Source: Bdellovibrionota bacterium
GTDB lineage: Bacteria > Bdellovibrionota_C > UBA2361 > OMIW01
Assembly (NCBI GenBank): GCA_044345055.1
Contig: JBIJBT010000009.1
Coordinates: 1 to 48,385, forward strand
Length of the DNA stretch: 48,385 nt
Direction: 5' to 3'
Part shown: one piece after another, positions 1 to 10,050 of the stretch
How positions within the stretch are numbered: position 1 is the stretch's first letter
Layout: every line of letters starts with the position of its first letter
The notes under the pieces: model-generated
The model's input: the letters and a program-made list of their open reading frames with translations, nothing else
What the model was told of the DNA's origin: nothing
The model's database searches: none
Program-made: the position numbers and the translations under genes

Positions 1-169
1 CACAAGAAACTCGAGTTCTCAGGGAAGGCTTTTCAAAAAGAAGCCCGATACTACTTCCAGAGAGACGGCCCCGTACAAGCTCTGGGCGTCGCTTTATCAG
101 ACGCGCAACAATCACCAGGTCAAGAAGCTCAGCCGGAGTGAGATCGTGATCTTTCAGGAGGTGTCTCAT
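1..169 (-). CDS. argF: Ornithine carbamoyltransferase, N-terminal part (runs off the window; not in the ORF track)
   Basis: Manual translation MRHLLKDHDLTPAELLDLVIVARLIKRRPELVRGRLSGSSIGLLFEKPSLRTRVSC contains the carbamoyl-phosphate-binding motif FEKPSxRT; GAGGA RBS-like sequence; starts 12 nt after the argB stop. Confidence 0.9.
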   Translation of the reverse strand, partial: MRHLLKDHDLTPAELLDLVIVARLIKRRPELVRGRLSGSSIGLLFEKPSLRTRVSC

Positions 170-181
170 GATTTTGCATCC

Positions 182-1060
182 TCAAGGGAATACCATCGTG
201 CCGATCCCTTTTCGAGTGAAGATCTCGATAAGGAGAGCGTGCGGCTGACGACCATCGAGCACATGCACATCCATACTCTTCATCGAGAGAGCGTGAAGCA
301 CAGCATCGACCTTTGGAATCATTCCTCCGGTAAAAGTTCCCTTCTCGCGCAAGGTGCGAAGTGTTGTCCCATCGATCTCCGAGATGAGAGTTTCCCTTCG
401 TGAAAAGTCCTCAAAAATACCGGAAACATTGGTCAATAAAACCAACTTTTCAGCGCCAAGAGCAGCCGCAATCTCTCCTGCAACGGCATCAGCATTTATA
501 TTAAAACAGTTACCCTGTCCATCCGTACCAAGTGAACTAATAACCGGCACATATCCGCCCGCAAGTAATCGATCAATTGGGTCGGTCGAGATATGTTCAA
601 TAGCCCCAACAAAACCAAGCTTTTCGTTTATCGGCTTGACCGTTATCATCGCCGCATCAACCCCCGAAAGTCCGATAGCTCGCCCTCCGCACCGACCTAT
701 CTCTGCAACGATCTGTTGCCGAATTTTACCCAAAAGAACCATCTGAGTAACCTCAAGCGTGACCTCATCGGTAACGCGCATGCCATCGATAAAGAGCGCC
801 TCATGGCCTCTCTGCTTCATCGCCTCTGAGATCTGAGGACCACCGCCGTGACACACGATGATATTTATTCCAACAGCACGAAGCAGCGAGACATCTTGCG
901 CGAAATTGCGCAACGACTCGGGCTCTCCCGCAAGCTCACCACCGATCTTCACCACCACCCGAGCTCCCGCAAACCTATGAAGATATGGAAGCGCCTCGAT
1001 TAGCATCTCCGCCTTCGGAAGCCACTCTGAATGTTCAAGAGATTCGCCGTAAGTAATCAT
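182..1060 (-). CDS. argB: Acetylglutamate kinase
   Basis: LIEALPYL, VVKIGG, HGGGPQI, GMRVTD, NINAD, GGMIPKV and EIFT-GIGT motifs. Confidence 0.96.
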   Translation of the reverse strand: MITYGESLEHSEWLPKAEMLIEALPYLHRFAGARVVVKIGGELAGEPESLRNFAQDVSLLRAVGINIIVCHGGGPQISEAMKQRGHEALFIDGMRVTDEVTLEVTQMVLLGKIRQQIVAEIGRCGGRAIGLSGVDAAMITVKPINEKLGFVGAIEHISTDPIDRLLAGGYVPVISSLGTDGQGNCFNINADAVAGEIAAALGAEKLVLLTNVSGIFEDFSRRETLISEIDGTTLRTLREKGTFTGGMIPKVDAVLHALSMKSMDVHVLDGRQPHALLIEIFTRKGIGTMVFP

Positions 1061-1170
1061 GTTCTTCCCTCGGGATGAAAATTACCGAAAAATAAAAATA
1101 AGAGCTTTGAATAGCCTAAAACATCGAATGCGGCCAAGCCTAAAAGTTGCTAGTTCAGTCGATGTTTATC

Positions 1171-1905
1171 CTATCGAGCGGAGCAAACGGCAAACAGACT
1201 ACTACCCCATTTAGTCCCAAACCGAATCATCCCGCGACCCTCCAAGATAGTAATAAGGGTCAAAAACCGATTAATAATTGGCACCGGAATACTCGAGCCC
1301 CGAAATGGAATATCTAAAAATTTACCCACATTATTCATGACAAGCTTCACTAAAGCAGGCCACCCAAATAGCGCTCCAATCCATTCCACATCTAAGGATG
1401 CCCTATCCAAACTGGTACGCAACTGCTCTGGATTGTATCTTCGATAGTGATGATTAACGTCATCGTGCGCTGTCCACAAAGACTGATACGCCGGCACGGT
1501 AACAAACACAATTCCTCCCTTCTTGGTAACGCGACGAGCTTGCGAAAGGAGGGCTACATCATCTTCTACGTGTTCAATAACGTCGAGCAAGAGCGTTAAG
1601 TCGTACCTCTGATCCGGGAAAATATCGGTGCGATCAACTGATGCTGCGAAAACCGGACCGTATTCCGTTTCAATATCAGCCGAGAGCAATGGGTCACAGG
1701 CATGGACAGAGCCAAATTGTGAAAGCTTCTCCATGAATAACCCCTCTCCTCCCCCAATATCTAGTACCGAGGCGTTAGTTGTATCTCGGCGAAGCAATAC
1801 TGACTCTAAAATTTGGAGAAGCAGAATCTCTCTTGCTCGCCACCACCAATGATTTCTGTATAAATTTGTGTAATTAAGGGCATATTCTCTATCCATAAGG
1901 CACAT
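1171..1905 (-). CDS. Class I SAM-dependent methyltransferase of the type found near glycan loci
   Basis: HWWW-AR, LDIGGGEG, LLDVIEH, TVPAYQSLWTAHD and HHYRRY motifs. Confidence 0.88.
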   Translation of the reverse strand: MCLMDREYALNYTNLYRNHWWWRAREILLLQILESVLLRRDTTNASVLDIGGGEGLFMEKLSQFGSVHACDPLLSADIETEYGPVFAASVDRTDIFPDQRYDLTLLLDVIEHVEDDVALLSQARRVTKKGGIVFVTVPAYQSLWTAHDDVNHHYRRYNPEQLRTSLDRASLDVEWIGALFGWPALVKLVMNNVGKFLDIPFRGSSIPVPIINRFLTLITILEGRGMIRFGTKWGSSLFAVCSAR

Positions 1906-2389
1906 TGGCTATTAGTTAGTCTTTACAACTTAATAAAACCTACCCGTTTCCCGCCCACTAATCGGCCCAACCATAAGGACGAGCCCTCAAAGATGGATGA
2001 AAAAGCATCTGTTCGATATTCGCGCAACTTAATCAATTCTGAGATACCTCGAGGGAGGGTATCATCTATAAAGCAAGCGCGGGAACGCCCCCTCTATCTG
2101 GGTTGGCAAGGAATTTGAAAAGCTCTCGTTGCTTATACAGGAGGAGGATATTAGATATCGCCCGAAAAGCCGTCTTGATCCATTTCCGCCGGACCACCCC
2201 CCACCCCAATTCACCTCACCCCACAACCTCCCCCAAACAAAAAATAACCTCTTAGGTCTTGCCATCGTCCCTTTGATCGTTTGTTATACTCCCCAGAATA
2301 ATTACCTTTTTAATTACTTTGCATCCGCTCCATTCCCCGTTAACCGCTTTTCAGCTCATACGAGCTCTGATTGATTTGGAATTTACCTT

Positions 2390-3601
2390 ATGTGCTCGAC
2401 TCCCCATCTGTTTGGCCATAACCGTTCTCGGCTTTCCACTCAAAGGGGAATCGGAGCTGTTGGATTGCTGGTTACTCTTTTTATCTTTGCTGCGGCGTTT
2501 CTCGGGCTTATATTTACCTTTGGGGTCGTTGTTCCCCCTGGAAAAATTGGGGTGCGGCAGATATATTTTGACACTGTCGTTGGCCCAAAGCAGGGGTTCT
2601 CCAATAAGGCATTACTCCCGGGTTATCACGGAAATATCCCATTTTTGGCGCGAATTCACCTTCTGCCTAGCACATGGATGCCTATTCATTTTAATGCAGC
2701 GCGCTCCGAAAAGCCGGGAGAGTTTGTACTTCCACCTCTGACGGTAAAATCAAGCGACGGAGTGACGGTGCATCTCGATCTGACGGTGACGGTTAGGCTG
2801 CGCTCCGCCCAAGATCAGGACGGCCAAGGTGGCCCATATAGCCTTCTGGTGAACGTTGGAACGACTCCTGACCAATGGGTACAACTTATCCGCACCTCCA
2901 CCAATAAACATCTTGTAGAAGCGCTCAAGGGACTGACAGCTGAAGATTTCTACAATCACAAAAAGAGAAGGCCGTGCGAGGAGCGTGGAACCGAGGCGCT
3001 CAAAAAGTCACTTGCCTCGGTCGGAATTGAAGTTGGGAGCGTTTTGCTACGTCGCTTTGAGTATGAAAATCGACAGATTGAAGAAGCTATTTTTCAGAAA
3101 AATCTCCAACAGGTTGAGCATGTGCTCGGTATCATGAAGCGCCGACTCGCCGAAGAAAAGACGATCACCGCCAAGCGAATCTCCGATATCGACCGGGAAA
3201 TATCGGTAGTATCCAAAAATGCTCAGGTTCGGGCCGACGCGACGCGTGAACAGGCTCAGGCAAATCTCATGAAGGCGCGTGTCGAAGGTGAAGCGCTCGT
3301 AACCCTTTCCCGGGCTGCGATTGATAAGCAGCGGGCGCAACTTCTTGCTGAGACTGATGGGGCCGATATGTATGTGGCTCGACAGTTGACCCCGATACTT
3401 AGCTCACTCAAAGGAGGAGTTATTAGTGATATAAATCCGTATGATCTGAAGCGGTGGGTTGAAAACCTAGGCGTTACTGCACCTCCTCAGCAAACTCGTC
3501 CATCACAAGCACCTGCCACTCGACGAATTATATCAGAGCAACGGCGAGAACCCGCTGCAGTCCCAACAGGTAGCTCGCCTACTCCCCTTCCCAACTTCTG
3601 A
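2390..3601 (+). CDS. SPFH/band-7 domain membrane protein (HflK/HflC-like, subunit 1)
   Basis: N-terminal TM helix, VVVPPGKIGVR, LLPGYH, TVKSSDG-V-LDLTV, C-terminal coiled coil. Confidence 0.85.
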   Translation: MCSTPHLFGHNRSRLSTQRGIGAVGLLVTLFIFAAAFLGLIFTFGVVVPPGKIGVRQIYFDTVVGPKQGFSNKALLPGYHGNIPFLARIHLLPSTWMPIHFNAARSEKPGEFVLPPLTVKSSDGVTVHLDLTVTVRLRSAQDQDGQGGPYSLLVNVGTTPDQWVQLIRTSTNKHLVEALKGLTAEDFYNHKKRRPCEERGTEALKKSLASVGIEVGSVLLRRFEYENRQIEEAIFQKNLQQVEHVLGIMKRRLAEEKTITAKRISDIDREISVVSKNAQVRADATREQAQANLMKARVEGEALVTLSRAAIDKQRAQLLAETDGADMYVARQLTPILSSLKGGVISDINPYDLKRWVENLGVTAPPQQTRPSQAPATRRIISEQRREPAAVPTGSSPTPLPNF

Positions 3602-3614
3602 GAGAAATTAGGTT

Positions 3615-4886
3615 ATGACCCGCTCAATCATCGTGAACTCCTCTCGAATCAACAATCTCCGAACTATTATTGCTCGTAGCGCTCTTCTTGGGGTGCTTGT
3701 CGCAGCGACCGGCTGCGACAACCTCGCGTTGCAGCAAGTTCGCAATGATCAGGTGGCACTTCGTTTCCGAAAACTTCCAATTTTTCTCGGCGGTGGAATT
3801 CGTCATGAGGTCATTCCGCCAGGAGGAAAGGTTATCGTTTGGCCATGGGAAGAATTGATTCAACTCACCAACACGCAGCGATCAGAATCGTGGGGCACAG
3901 GACAGGGTAATAATCGTGCCCTTGCAGCTCGTTCAAGCGATGGCAACGAAGTGGCATTTGAGGTTACCGTTCTATATCAAATATCGCGCAAACCAGAGGA
4001 GCTTCGAGAGCTCGTTACATCGATTGCTGACACCGATGAAAAAATTCATGAGCTAGTAGTTTCGCAAGTTCGAGCTCTTGTTCGTCAATTCGCAAATCGC
4101 CTAGCAACCCGTCAATTTGTATCCTCCGATCTCTCATCAGAGCTTCGTCGCGTCGAGAAGGAATTGCCAGAAGATGGCGTATCGAAAAAGATCGCAGCTG
4201 TATCAGAGGATACGGGAACCTTTGATTCGGTCAAAGATGAACTTGAGAAAGCTCTGTCAGAGGCACTCCAGAGTTATCACTTAGAATTAATCCAGCTCTC
4301 TGTTGCAAATCCCCGCTTCGTCCGATATCGCGAGACCGATGCAGAGGGTGAGCAACAGGATGATACATATCAAACAATGCTCGTTAATGTGCAACGTGAG
4401 CAGCAGGAGATAAAGCGAGAGAGTGAATCAAGAAAGACTCAAGAAGAGCGCAAATACGAGGAAAAAGAGATCGCCATAAAAGAGGCGAATAAGGTCCTCG
4501 CTGCTGCAAACGCCGAAGCCGAAAGGATCGGTGAGGAAGCTCGGTTTATGCTCGAGACCAAGCAGATCGAAAAAGATGCAATTGAGAGATCGGGACAAGA
4601 TATGCTCAAGAGCCTTCGGGCGCAGATTGAAGCGGTAGCAGGGAAAGGTGGAGAAGCTTTGCTAAAACTCGATATCGCAAGAGAATTGAGCAAAGGAAAT
4701 CCCTCATTTATCGTACTCAATCAAGGCTCTACCGGTTCATCGCTAGATGTTCGCCGCACCGACACTAACGATCTTATTAAACAGCTCGGTCTACTCGAGG
4801 CGCTGCGTGACAAGGGTCAATCGGAAAGTTCTTCAGGGGCAGCTGCTATGATGAAAGGTGAGGCGCAGCAATCACCTAAGCAGTAG
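3615..4886 (+). CDS. SPFH/band-7 domain protein, subunit 2, probable lipoprotein
   Basis: Lipobox-like VAATG-C, IPPGG-WPW, ARSSDGNEVAFEVTVLY, long charged coiled coil; 13 nt after the first SPFH gene. Confidence 0.8.
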   Translation: MTRSIIVNSSRINNLRTIIARSALLGVLVAATGCDNLALQQVRNDQVALRFRKLPIFLGGGIRHEVIPPGGKVIVWPWEELIQLTNTQRSESWGTGQGNNRALAARSSDGNEVAFEVTVLYQISRKPEELRELVTSIADTDEKIHELVVSQVRALVRQFANRLATRQFVSSDLSSELRRVEKELPEDGVSKKIAAVSEDTGTFDSVKDELEKALSEALQSYHLELIQLSVANPRFVRYRETDAEGEQQDDTYQTMLVNVQREQQEIKRESESRKTQEERKYEEKEIAIKEANKVLAAANAEAERIGEEARFMLETKQIEKDAIERSGQDMLKSLRAQIEAVAGKGGEALLKLDIARELSKGNPSFIVLNQGSTGSSLDVRRTDTNDLIKQLGLLEALRDKGQSESSSGAAAMMKGEAQQSPKQ

Positions 4887-4974
4887 AGCTATAAACTCTT
4901 TACTCAGTCACGAGATAAAAAAGCTACAATCGATTGGATTAGGCATAGCGGAAACCAGAATCCATTAAGAGCTC

Positions 4975-5736
4975 CTATCGAAGACGGCTCGGGTGTATCG
5001 CGTAGGTGTCTTCTTGTGGAAAGTATGGATAGGTTATCTCTTCAAAACGACCATCCTCGAGATTTAACGCATAAGTTCGATAACCAAGGTCTAGCACGAA
5101 CTCCTCAAGAGGCTTGTGAAATTCCGGTGGATGCGCCGCTAATGTCTCAAAAATAATATGAGGATGACACCTCCGAATTGTCTCTTCAGCTCCTGAGAAC
5201 ACCTCAATCTCCATTCCCTCAACATCAACCTTCAAACAATCGAGCCTCGGTAGCTCAAATGAATCGAGCGTCTTTATGCAGACTTCATGAGTTGTTCCCT
5301 CCGAAGCCGAGGCTACCAACGTGGCATTACCCATACCGGCACCAAGATCCGGAGCAACGTACATCTCCTTGGATTCCTTACCCAACCCCACTGTAAATAG
5401 CTCAACAACATCTTTTAGTTCCGAATTAAGGGATATATTTCGGTTAAATTTCTCCAACAAATCTATATTCGGCTCAAACGATAACACTCGACCAGAGGCT
5501 CCAACCAAACTACCCATCACCATCGATATGTAACCAGCATTTGCACCCACATCGACACACACATCTCCCTGACGTAACAGAATCCGGATAGCGCTAAGTA
5601 CAAATGGCTCCCAGAAACCATTCGAAAGAACGAATAGATCGATATAGTTCTGCGGATCACAGTCAATCCGTAAACCGAGCCCTAACTGCGGTATGTAATC
5701 GACTATATAGGACAGGGAATTCTGCGACCCGATCAT
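4975..5736 (-). CDS. FkbM family methyltransferase
   Basis: VDVGANAG, SFEPN and LKVDVEGME motifs. Confidence 0.92.
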   Translation of the reverse strand: MIGSQNSLSYIVDYIPQLGLGLRIDCDPQNYIDLFVLSNGFWEPFVLSAIRILLRQGDVCVDVGANAGYISMVMGSLVGASGRVLSFEPNIDLLEKFNRNISLNSELKDVVELFTVGLGKESKEMYVAPDLGAGMGNATLVASASEGTTHEVCIKTLDSFELPRLDCLKVDVEGMEIEVFSGAEETIRRCHPHIIFETLAAHPPEFHKPLEEFVLDLGYRTYALNLEDGRFEEITYPYFPQEDTYAIHPSRLR

Positions 5737-6015
5737 GAAAATCTCCCCCTATGAGACTAATTATCAGCACCCTAAAAAAATCGAGCGGTTCTGATAAAAA
5801 TTATTGATAGAACCTTACTCAAACTCCTGATTGTCCATTCCACGTTAGCTATAACTAACCCTCAAAATTTCGTATGGTTTTTCGGAGACGCTATGAAGAG
5901 AACACCGAATATATCAATTTAAATTGATGATTTCTCCGAAGATTGCTCTTCAGAGAAACACAATCAGTAAGTAGGATGCAGATATTGACGGAGCGGAGCT
6001 TAAAAGACAGAACAA

Positions 6016-7185
6016 CTAATCACGGCTGGGCTTTAAAACATTACCGCCAAATAAAGGCCGAAGAAGTGGCGGGACGATGAGTGAGGTCACAAGAGACATA
6101 GCTATAAGAATACCGAAAACCTCCTCGCCGAACACATTTTGAGTGCGTCCAATAGTCGCGATTAAAATACCAACCTCACCACGGGGAACCATTCCCACTC
6201 CAACAATAACAGCACTCCGGTTGCCAAGCCGACGCGCACCAAAAAAACCAGCGACAAACTTCGAGATCACCGCAAGGATACATGCAATAACAAGCAAAAA
6301 TCCCTGCTTGCCACCACCAATATTTCCCAGCGAAACCATTGCACCGGTTACAACAAAGAAAAACGGAATAAGAAAAGCACCAACTGACTCTACCTGCGAG
6401 ACTATCGTTTTATGGGCTGGGTACTCAGCAACGATTACACCAGCGATAAAAGCACCGATAATTGCAGCAAGTCCGACATGAGCAGAAGCTACAGAGAGCC
6501 CCAAGCAGAGGAGGAGAGACACCGTCAGCGGAGATAGAGGATCGAGCGGAAAATCAAGAAGGCGGGGATTTTTTCGGAGCGCGAATGCCCCAACCCAGAG
6601 AGATACGATGATAAAAAGAACTGAGAGAGCAAGGCCACCGAGCAGCGGTCCTACTGAGATCTCCCCTCCTGTCTGAAGTGCCGCAACAACTCCAAGAACT
6701 AGCATACCGAGAACATCATCAACTATTGCGGCACCCAAGATTACCTTGCTCTCATCCCGATCGATCGCACCGATATCTCGCAACACCTTCGCGGTGATTC
6801 CCGCTGATGTTGCAACAAATGCAGCTCCAACAAAAAGAGAAGCGGGAAGCGATAGCGCAAGGAGACTCCATGCCCACCAAAAACCAGCGATAAAAGGTAT
6901 CGCTACACCGATTGACCCGACAACAAGCGGCATGCGACCGAGCCGACGGAGAGACTCGATGCTCGTTTCAAGCCCCACAAGAAAAAGGAGCAACATCGCT
7001 CCAACTTCAGACAGGACCTCTAGAGTTTCATTAACCTTGATGAGACCCAAGTATGTCGGACCGAGAAAAACTCCTGCTACAACCTGACCAACAACTTCAG
7101 GAAGCCTTAGCCGCTGACTCAGCTCACCGCCAATAACACCCGCGAGAAAAACTATAAATATCAGCAGTAGTGGGTCATGTTCCAT
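6016..7185 (-). CDS. Cation:proton antiporter (CPA2, NapA-like)
   Basis: About 12 TM helices; LLFLVGLET, ATSAGIT, GAAIVDDVLG and GMVPRGEVG motifs. Confidence 0.92.
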   Translation of the reverse strand: MEHDPLLLIFIVFLAGVIGGELSQRLRLPEVVGQVVAGVFLGPTYLGLIKVNETLEVLSEVGAMLLLFLVGLETSIESLRRLGRMPLVVGSIGVAIPFIAGFWWAWSLLALSLPASLFVGAAFVATSAGITAKVLRDIGAIDRDESKVILGAAIVDDVLGMLVLGVVAALQTGGEISVGPLLGGLALSVLFIIVSLWVGAFALRKNPRLLDFPLDPLSPLTVSLLLCLGLSVASAHVGLAAIIGAFIAGVIVAEYPAHKTIVSQVESVGAFLIPFFFVVTGAMVSLGNIGGGKQGFLLVIACILAVISKFVAGFFGARRLGNRSAVIVGVGMVPRGEVGILIATIGRTQNVFGEEVFGILIAMSLVTSLIVPPLLRPLFGGNVLKPSRD

Positions 7186-7215
7186 CGCTTCCTACCAACA
7201 TTTAATAAGATCAAT

Positions 7216-9732
7216 CTAATTGGGCTCATCACCCGGTCTTTGATGAAGAAGCACTTCACGGGGACGAGCACCATCCATCGCACTGACGATACCCTCTTTC
7301 TCCATTCGCTCTATAATACGAGCAGCGCGATTGTATCCGATACGAAATACCCGTTGGACGAGCGAGGTCGATGCGTGTTGCTTCTCAACAACAAGCTCCA
7401 CTGCCTTATCGTAGAAGGGATCGTATTCAGTCTCACCCTCATTCCCGTCTTCCCCTTCTCCTCCTTCACTGCGCATTGCAGCGTCGCAAAACGCAACGAT
7501 TTTATCATCGTACCGCGGACCATCTTTTAGCTTAATCGCGTTTACAACTCGGGTTACCTCCGCATCGGTGACAAATGCGCCGTGAACTCGCCGCAGTGGG
7601 TTTGCACCCGGACTCATAAACAACATATCCCCCTTTCCGAGAAGTCTTTCGGCACCCATCGAATCAAGAATCGTGCGCGAATCTATTCGGCTCGTTACCC
7701 TAAAAGAGAGTCTGGCTGGAAAGTTTGCTTTGATTAGCCCCGTTATAACATCGACCGATGGACGCTGTGTCGCCAGTATAAGATGGATTCCCGCGGCACG
7801 CGCTTTTTGAGCAAGACGGGTTATAAGCTCCTCAATATCGCGACCGACCTGAAGCATAAGATCAGCAAGCTCATCAACAACGATTACTATTTTCGGAAGA
7901 GGTGTAACAACCTCTCCAGAAATTACCGGCGCATCATCAATAGCTATATCCTCTCCTTGTGCTGGTTCATCAACGGTAGCAATAGGCTCTTCTTCGATGA
8001 TTGCATCGGGATCTGCCTCACCCCTCGCGAGGCGATTAAAACTATCTATGTTCCGCACTCCGAACCGCTGCATCAATCGATAGCGGGTATCCATCTCCTT
8101 AACTGCCCACTCGAGCACCGCTTTTGCTTGCTTTGGAACAGTGACAACAGGGACTCGAAGGTGAGGAATTCCCTCATAAACCGAAAGTTCTAGAACTTTC
8201 GGATCTATCATGATAAGCCCAAGATCTTGAGGCGTTGCGCGATAGAGAAGGCTTACAAGCACCGTGTTGAGACAGACACTTTTTCCAGTTCCTGTTGCTC
8301 CTGCGATGAGAAGGTGAGGCATCGCCGCAATATCAACAACAACAGGAAGCCCCGAGATATCTTTTCCGAGCGGCACTGCAAGATTCGATGAATGCGTATG
8401 AAACTCCTCGCTCTCTAGCACCTCACGGAGCCGCACGACATCACGCCGCGGATTTGGAACCTCGATACCCACAGTTCCCCGTCCCGGTATTGGAGCCACG
8501 ATACGCACAACCGATGCTCGAAGACTCATCGCAAGATCATCTTGGAGAGATACGATGCGTCCGAGCTTTACTCCGGGTGCTGGTTCAAACTCGAATAGCG
8601 ATACAACTGGTCCGCGTTGATACTGAACGATACGACCTTTGATATTAAAGTCAGCGAGCTTTTGCTCGATACGCTGCGCTCTAAGCAACAGCTCCTGACC
8701 ATCCTCTCCGTCGTGCTTTCTGTCAGCTTCAGCGAGAAGTTTTACCGGCGGGAAAACATAATTATCAAGGACCCTATCTTTTAGAGGAACTCTCTTTGGA
8801 GCTTCGGGCGGAACAACAGCAACGGATGAGGAAAGTGCCGCGGAGTTTGTAGTTTCAACTCCCAATAGCAGAGGCTGCTCCTGATCTCCTATCGCTTTTC
8901 GTTTCTGAGACGAAGAAAGAGAGCGGCCCTGTTCAATTACCATCTTGAGCGGAATTGGCTCACTGGGGCGGTACACGAGGCTTGATATCATCGAACGAAT
9001 TCGTGATCCGACAATTGAAAATCCTCTCGCAGTTAACCGCAGCGGCGGTATAACGACTCGTGTCGGCACAGTTACACAGAGATGACGAGCCCCCACTGCC
9101 GCTTGATTCGCTGCAACCTTTGTCGACGAGAGCACACTTTGACCCGTTACTACGGGAGCTGAGATTAAAAGAATCGCAATACTTAGCAAAAGAGTTCCCG
9201 CAGGCCCTATCAGCGATGCGGCCGAGGAAACAATAAGAGTACCAGCAGATCCACCTCCACTTGTTCCCGCAAAGAGAGCAAGAATCATGATTGCTGAAAC
9301 AAGACACCCCGTTATTGCCAATCCAATCGAGCGAGCAGAGAGCGATCTCTGTATCGGAAATTCATCCAAAGTTCCGCCATGAAATCGCATCCCGAGTAAC
9401 GCGATACAACCGGGCAAAACTAATGACCCATACCCAAACCACCGAAGAAGAGCTCCCCCAACAGTCGCACCGAGAGGCCCAAAAAGATGGCCAAAAGGCA
9501 CACGTGGGAAATCTATTAGGACCGCCTCGCTCGCGATGATACCAACGATAAGACATGAAGCTATCAACACAATCGCCGCGGTGCCTCGCCACACTCGCCG
9601 CTCGTATGGAGCGATCTCGCGCTTTCTTGCGGGGATTCGGGTAACTGCTTCCACTCGAGCTGCGCGGGGCCGATCAACTTTTCGACGAGGGGGAGCTATT
9701 CGGGCTGATTCATTTTTTCTTTGCGTACTCAA
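7216..9732 (-). CDS. ftsK: DNA translocase FtsK (4TM domain, motor, gamma domain)
   Basis: GPVVSLFE, HLLIAGATGTGKS (Walker A), IVVDELADLM, ATQRPSVDVITG, RIGYNRAAR gamma domain; TTG start is uncertain. Confidence 0.97.
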   Translation of the reverse strand: MSTQRKNESARIAPPRRKVDRPRAARVEAVTRIPARKREIAPYERRVWRGTAAIVLIASCLIVGIIASEAVLIDFPRVPFGHLFGPLGATVGGALLRWFGYGSLVLPGCIALLGMRFHGGTLDEFPIQRSLSARSIGLAITGCLVSAIMILALFAGTSGGGSAGTLIVSSAASLIGPAGTLLLSIAILLISAPVVTGQSVLSSTKVAANQAAVGARHLCVTVPTRVVIPPLRLTARGFSIVGSRIRSMISSLVYRPSEPIPLKMVIEQGRSLSSSQKRKAIGDQEQPLLLGVETTNSAALSSSVAVVPPEAPKRVPLKDRVLDNYVFPPVKLLAEADRKHDGEDGQELLLRAQRIEQKLADFNIKGRIVQYQRGPVVSLFEFEPAPGVKLGRIVSLQDDLAMSLRASVVRIVAPIPGRGTVGIEVPNPRRDVVRLREVLESEEFHTHSSNLAVPLGKDISGLPVVVDIAAMPHLLIAGATGTGKSVCLNTVLVSLLYRATPQDLGLIMIDPKVLELSVYEGIPHLRVPVVTVPKQAKAVLEWAVKEMDTRYRLMQRFGVRNIDSFNRLARGEADPDAIIEEEPIATVDEPAQGEDIAIDDAPVISGEVVTPLPKIVIVVDELADLMLQVGRDIEELITRLAQKARAAGIHLILATQRPSVDVITGLIKANFPARLSFRVTSRIDSRTILDSMGAERLLGKGDMLFMSPGANPLRRVHGAFVTDAEVTRVVNAIKLKDGPRYDDKIVAFCDAAMRSEGGEGEDGNEGETEYDPFYDKAVELVVEKQHASTSLVQRVFRIGYNRAARIIERMEKEGIVSAMDGARPREVLLHQRPGDEPN

Positions 9733-9798
9733 GATGTCATAAGCTCCTGCTTAAGGCGAAATCATCCACAACTCTCAAAATCGTGGGCCTATTAATGC

Positions 9799-9987
9799 CT
9801 AGCAGGGTGGTGAAAAATGATTTGCTGTTGCGCACTTTGATAGTTTGACTGCAACTTCGTCAGAGTCAACGAAAAAATCCTCAACGTATCTCAGCGGATA
9901 CGTTTCCGGTTTTTTCGTCAACTCCTCTTTGTTTCGTCAAAACTCTCAAAATGCTCACTACGCAACCATTTTTCACCACCCTGCTAG
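9799..9987. mobile_element. MITE-like non-autonomous element: 17-bp terminal inverted repeats flanked by CTAG
   Basis: CTAG+CAGGGTGGTGAAAAATG (9799-9819) is the exact reverse complement of CATTTTTCACCACCCTG+CTAG (9967-9987); internal hairpin AACGTATC-tcagcg-GATACGTT; no ORF inside. Confidence 0.8.
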
Positions 9988-10050
9988 TGCCGAATTGATG
10001 AAATATTAATCGCTATCATATCAACTAAGCACTAGTATCACGATGCAAGA

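Noticed and set aside
1061..1170. ArgR box upstream of argB
   Set aside because: Only a TGAAT half-site, with no matching inverted half.
2103..2118. Sigma54-like promoter TTGGCAAGGAATTTGA upstream of the SPFH pair
   Set aside because: The -12 element is GA rather than GC and it lies about 270 nt upstream; too weak to call.
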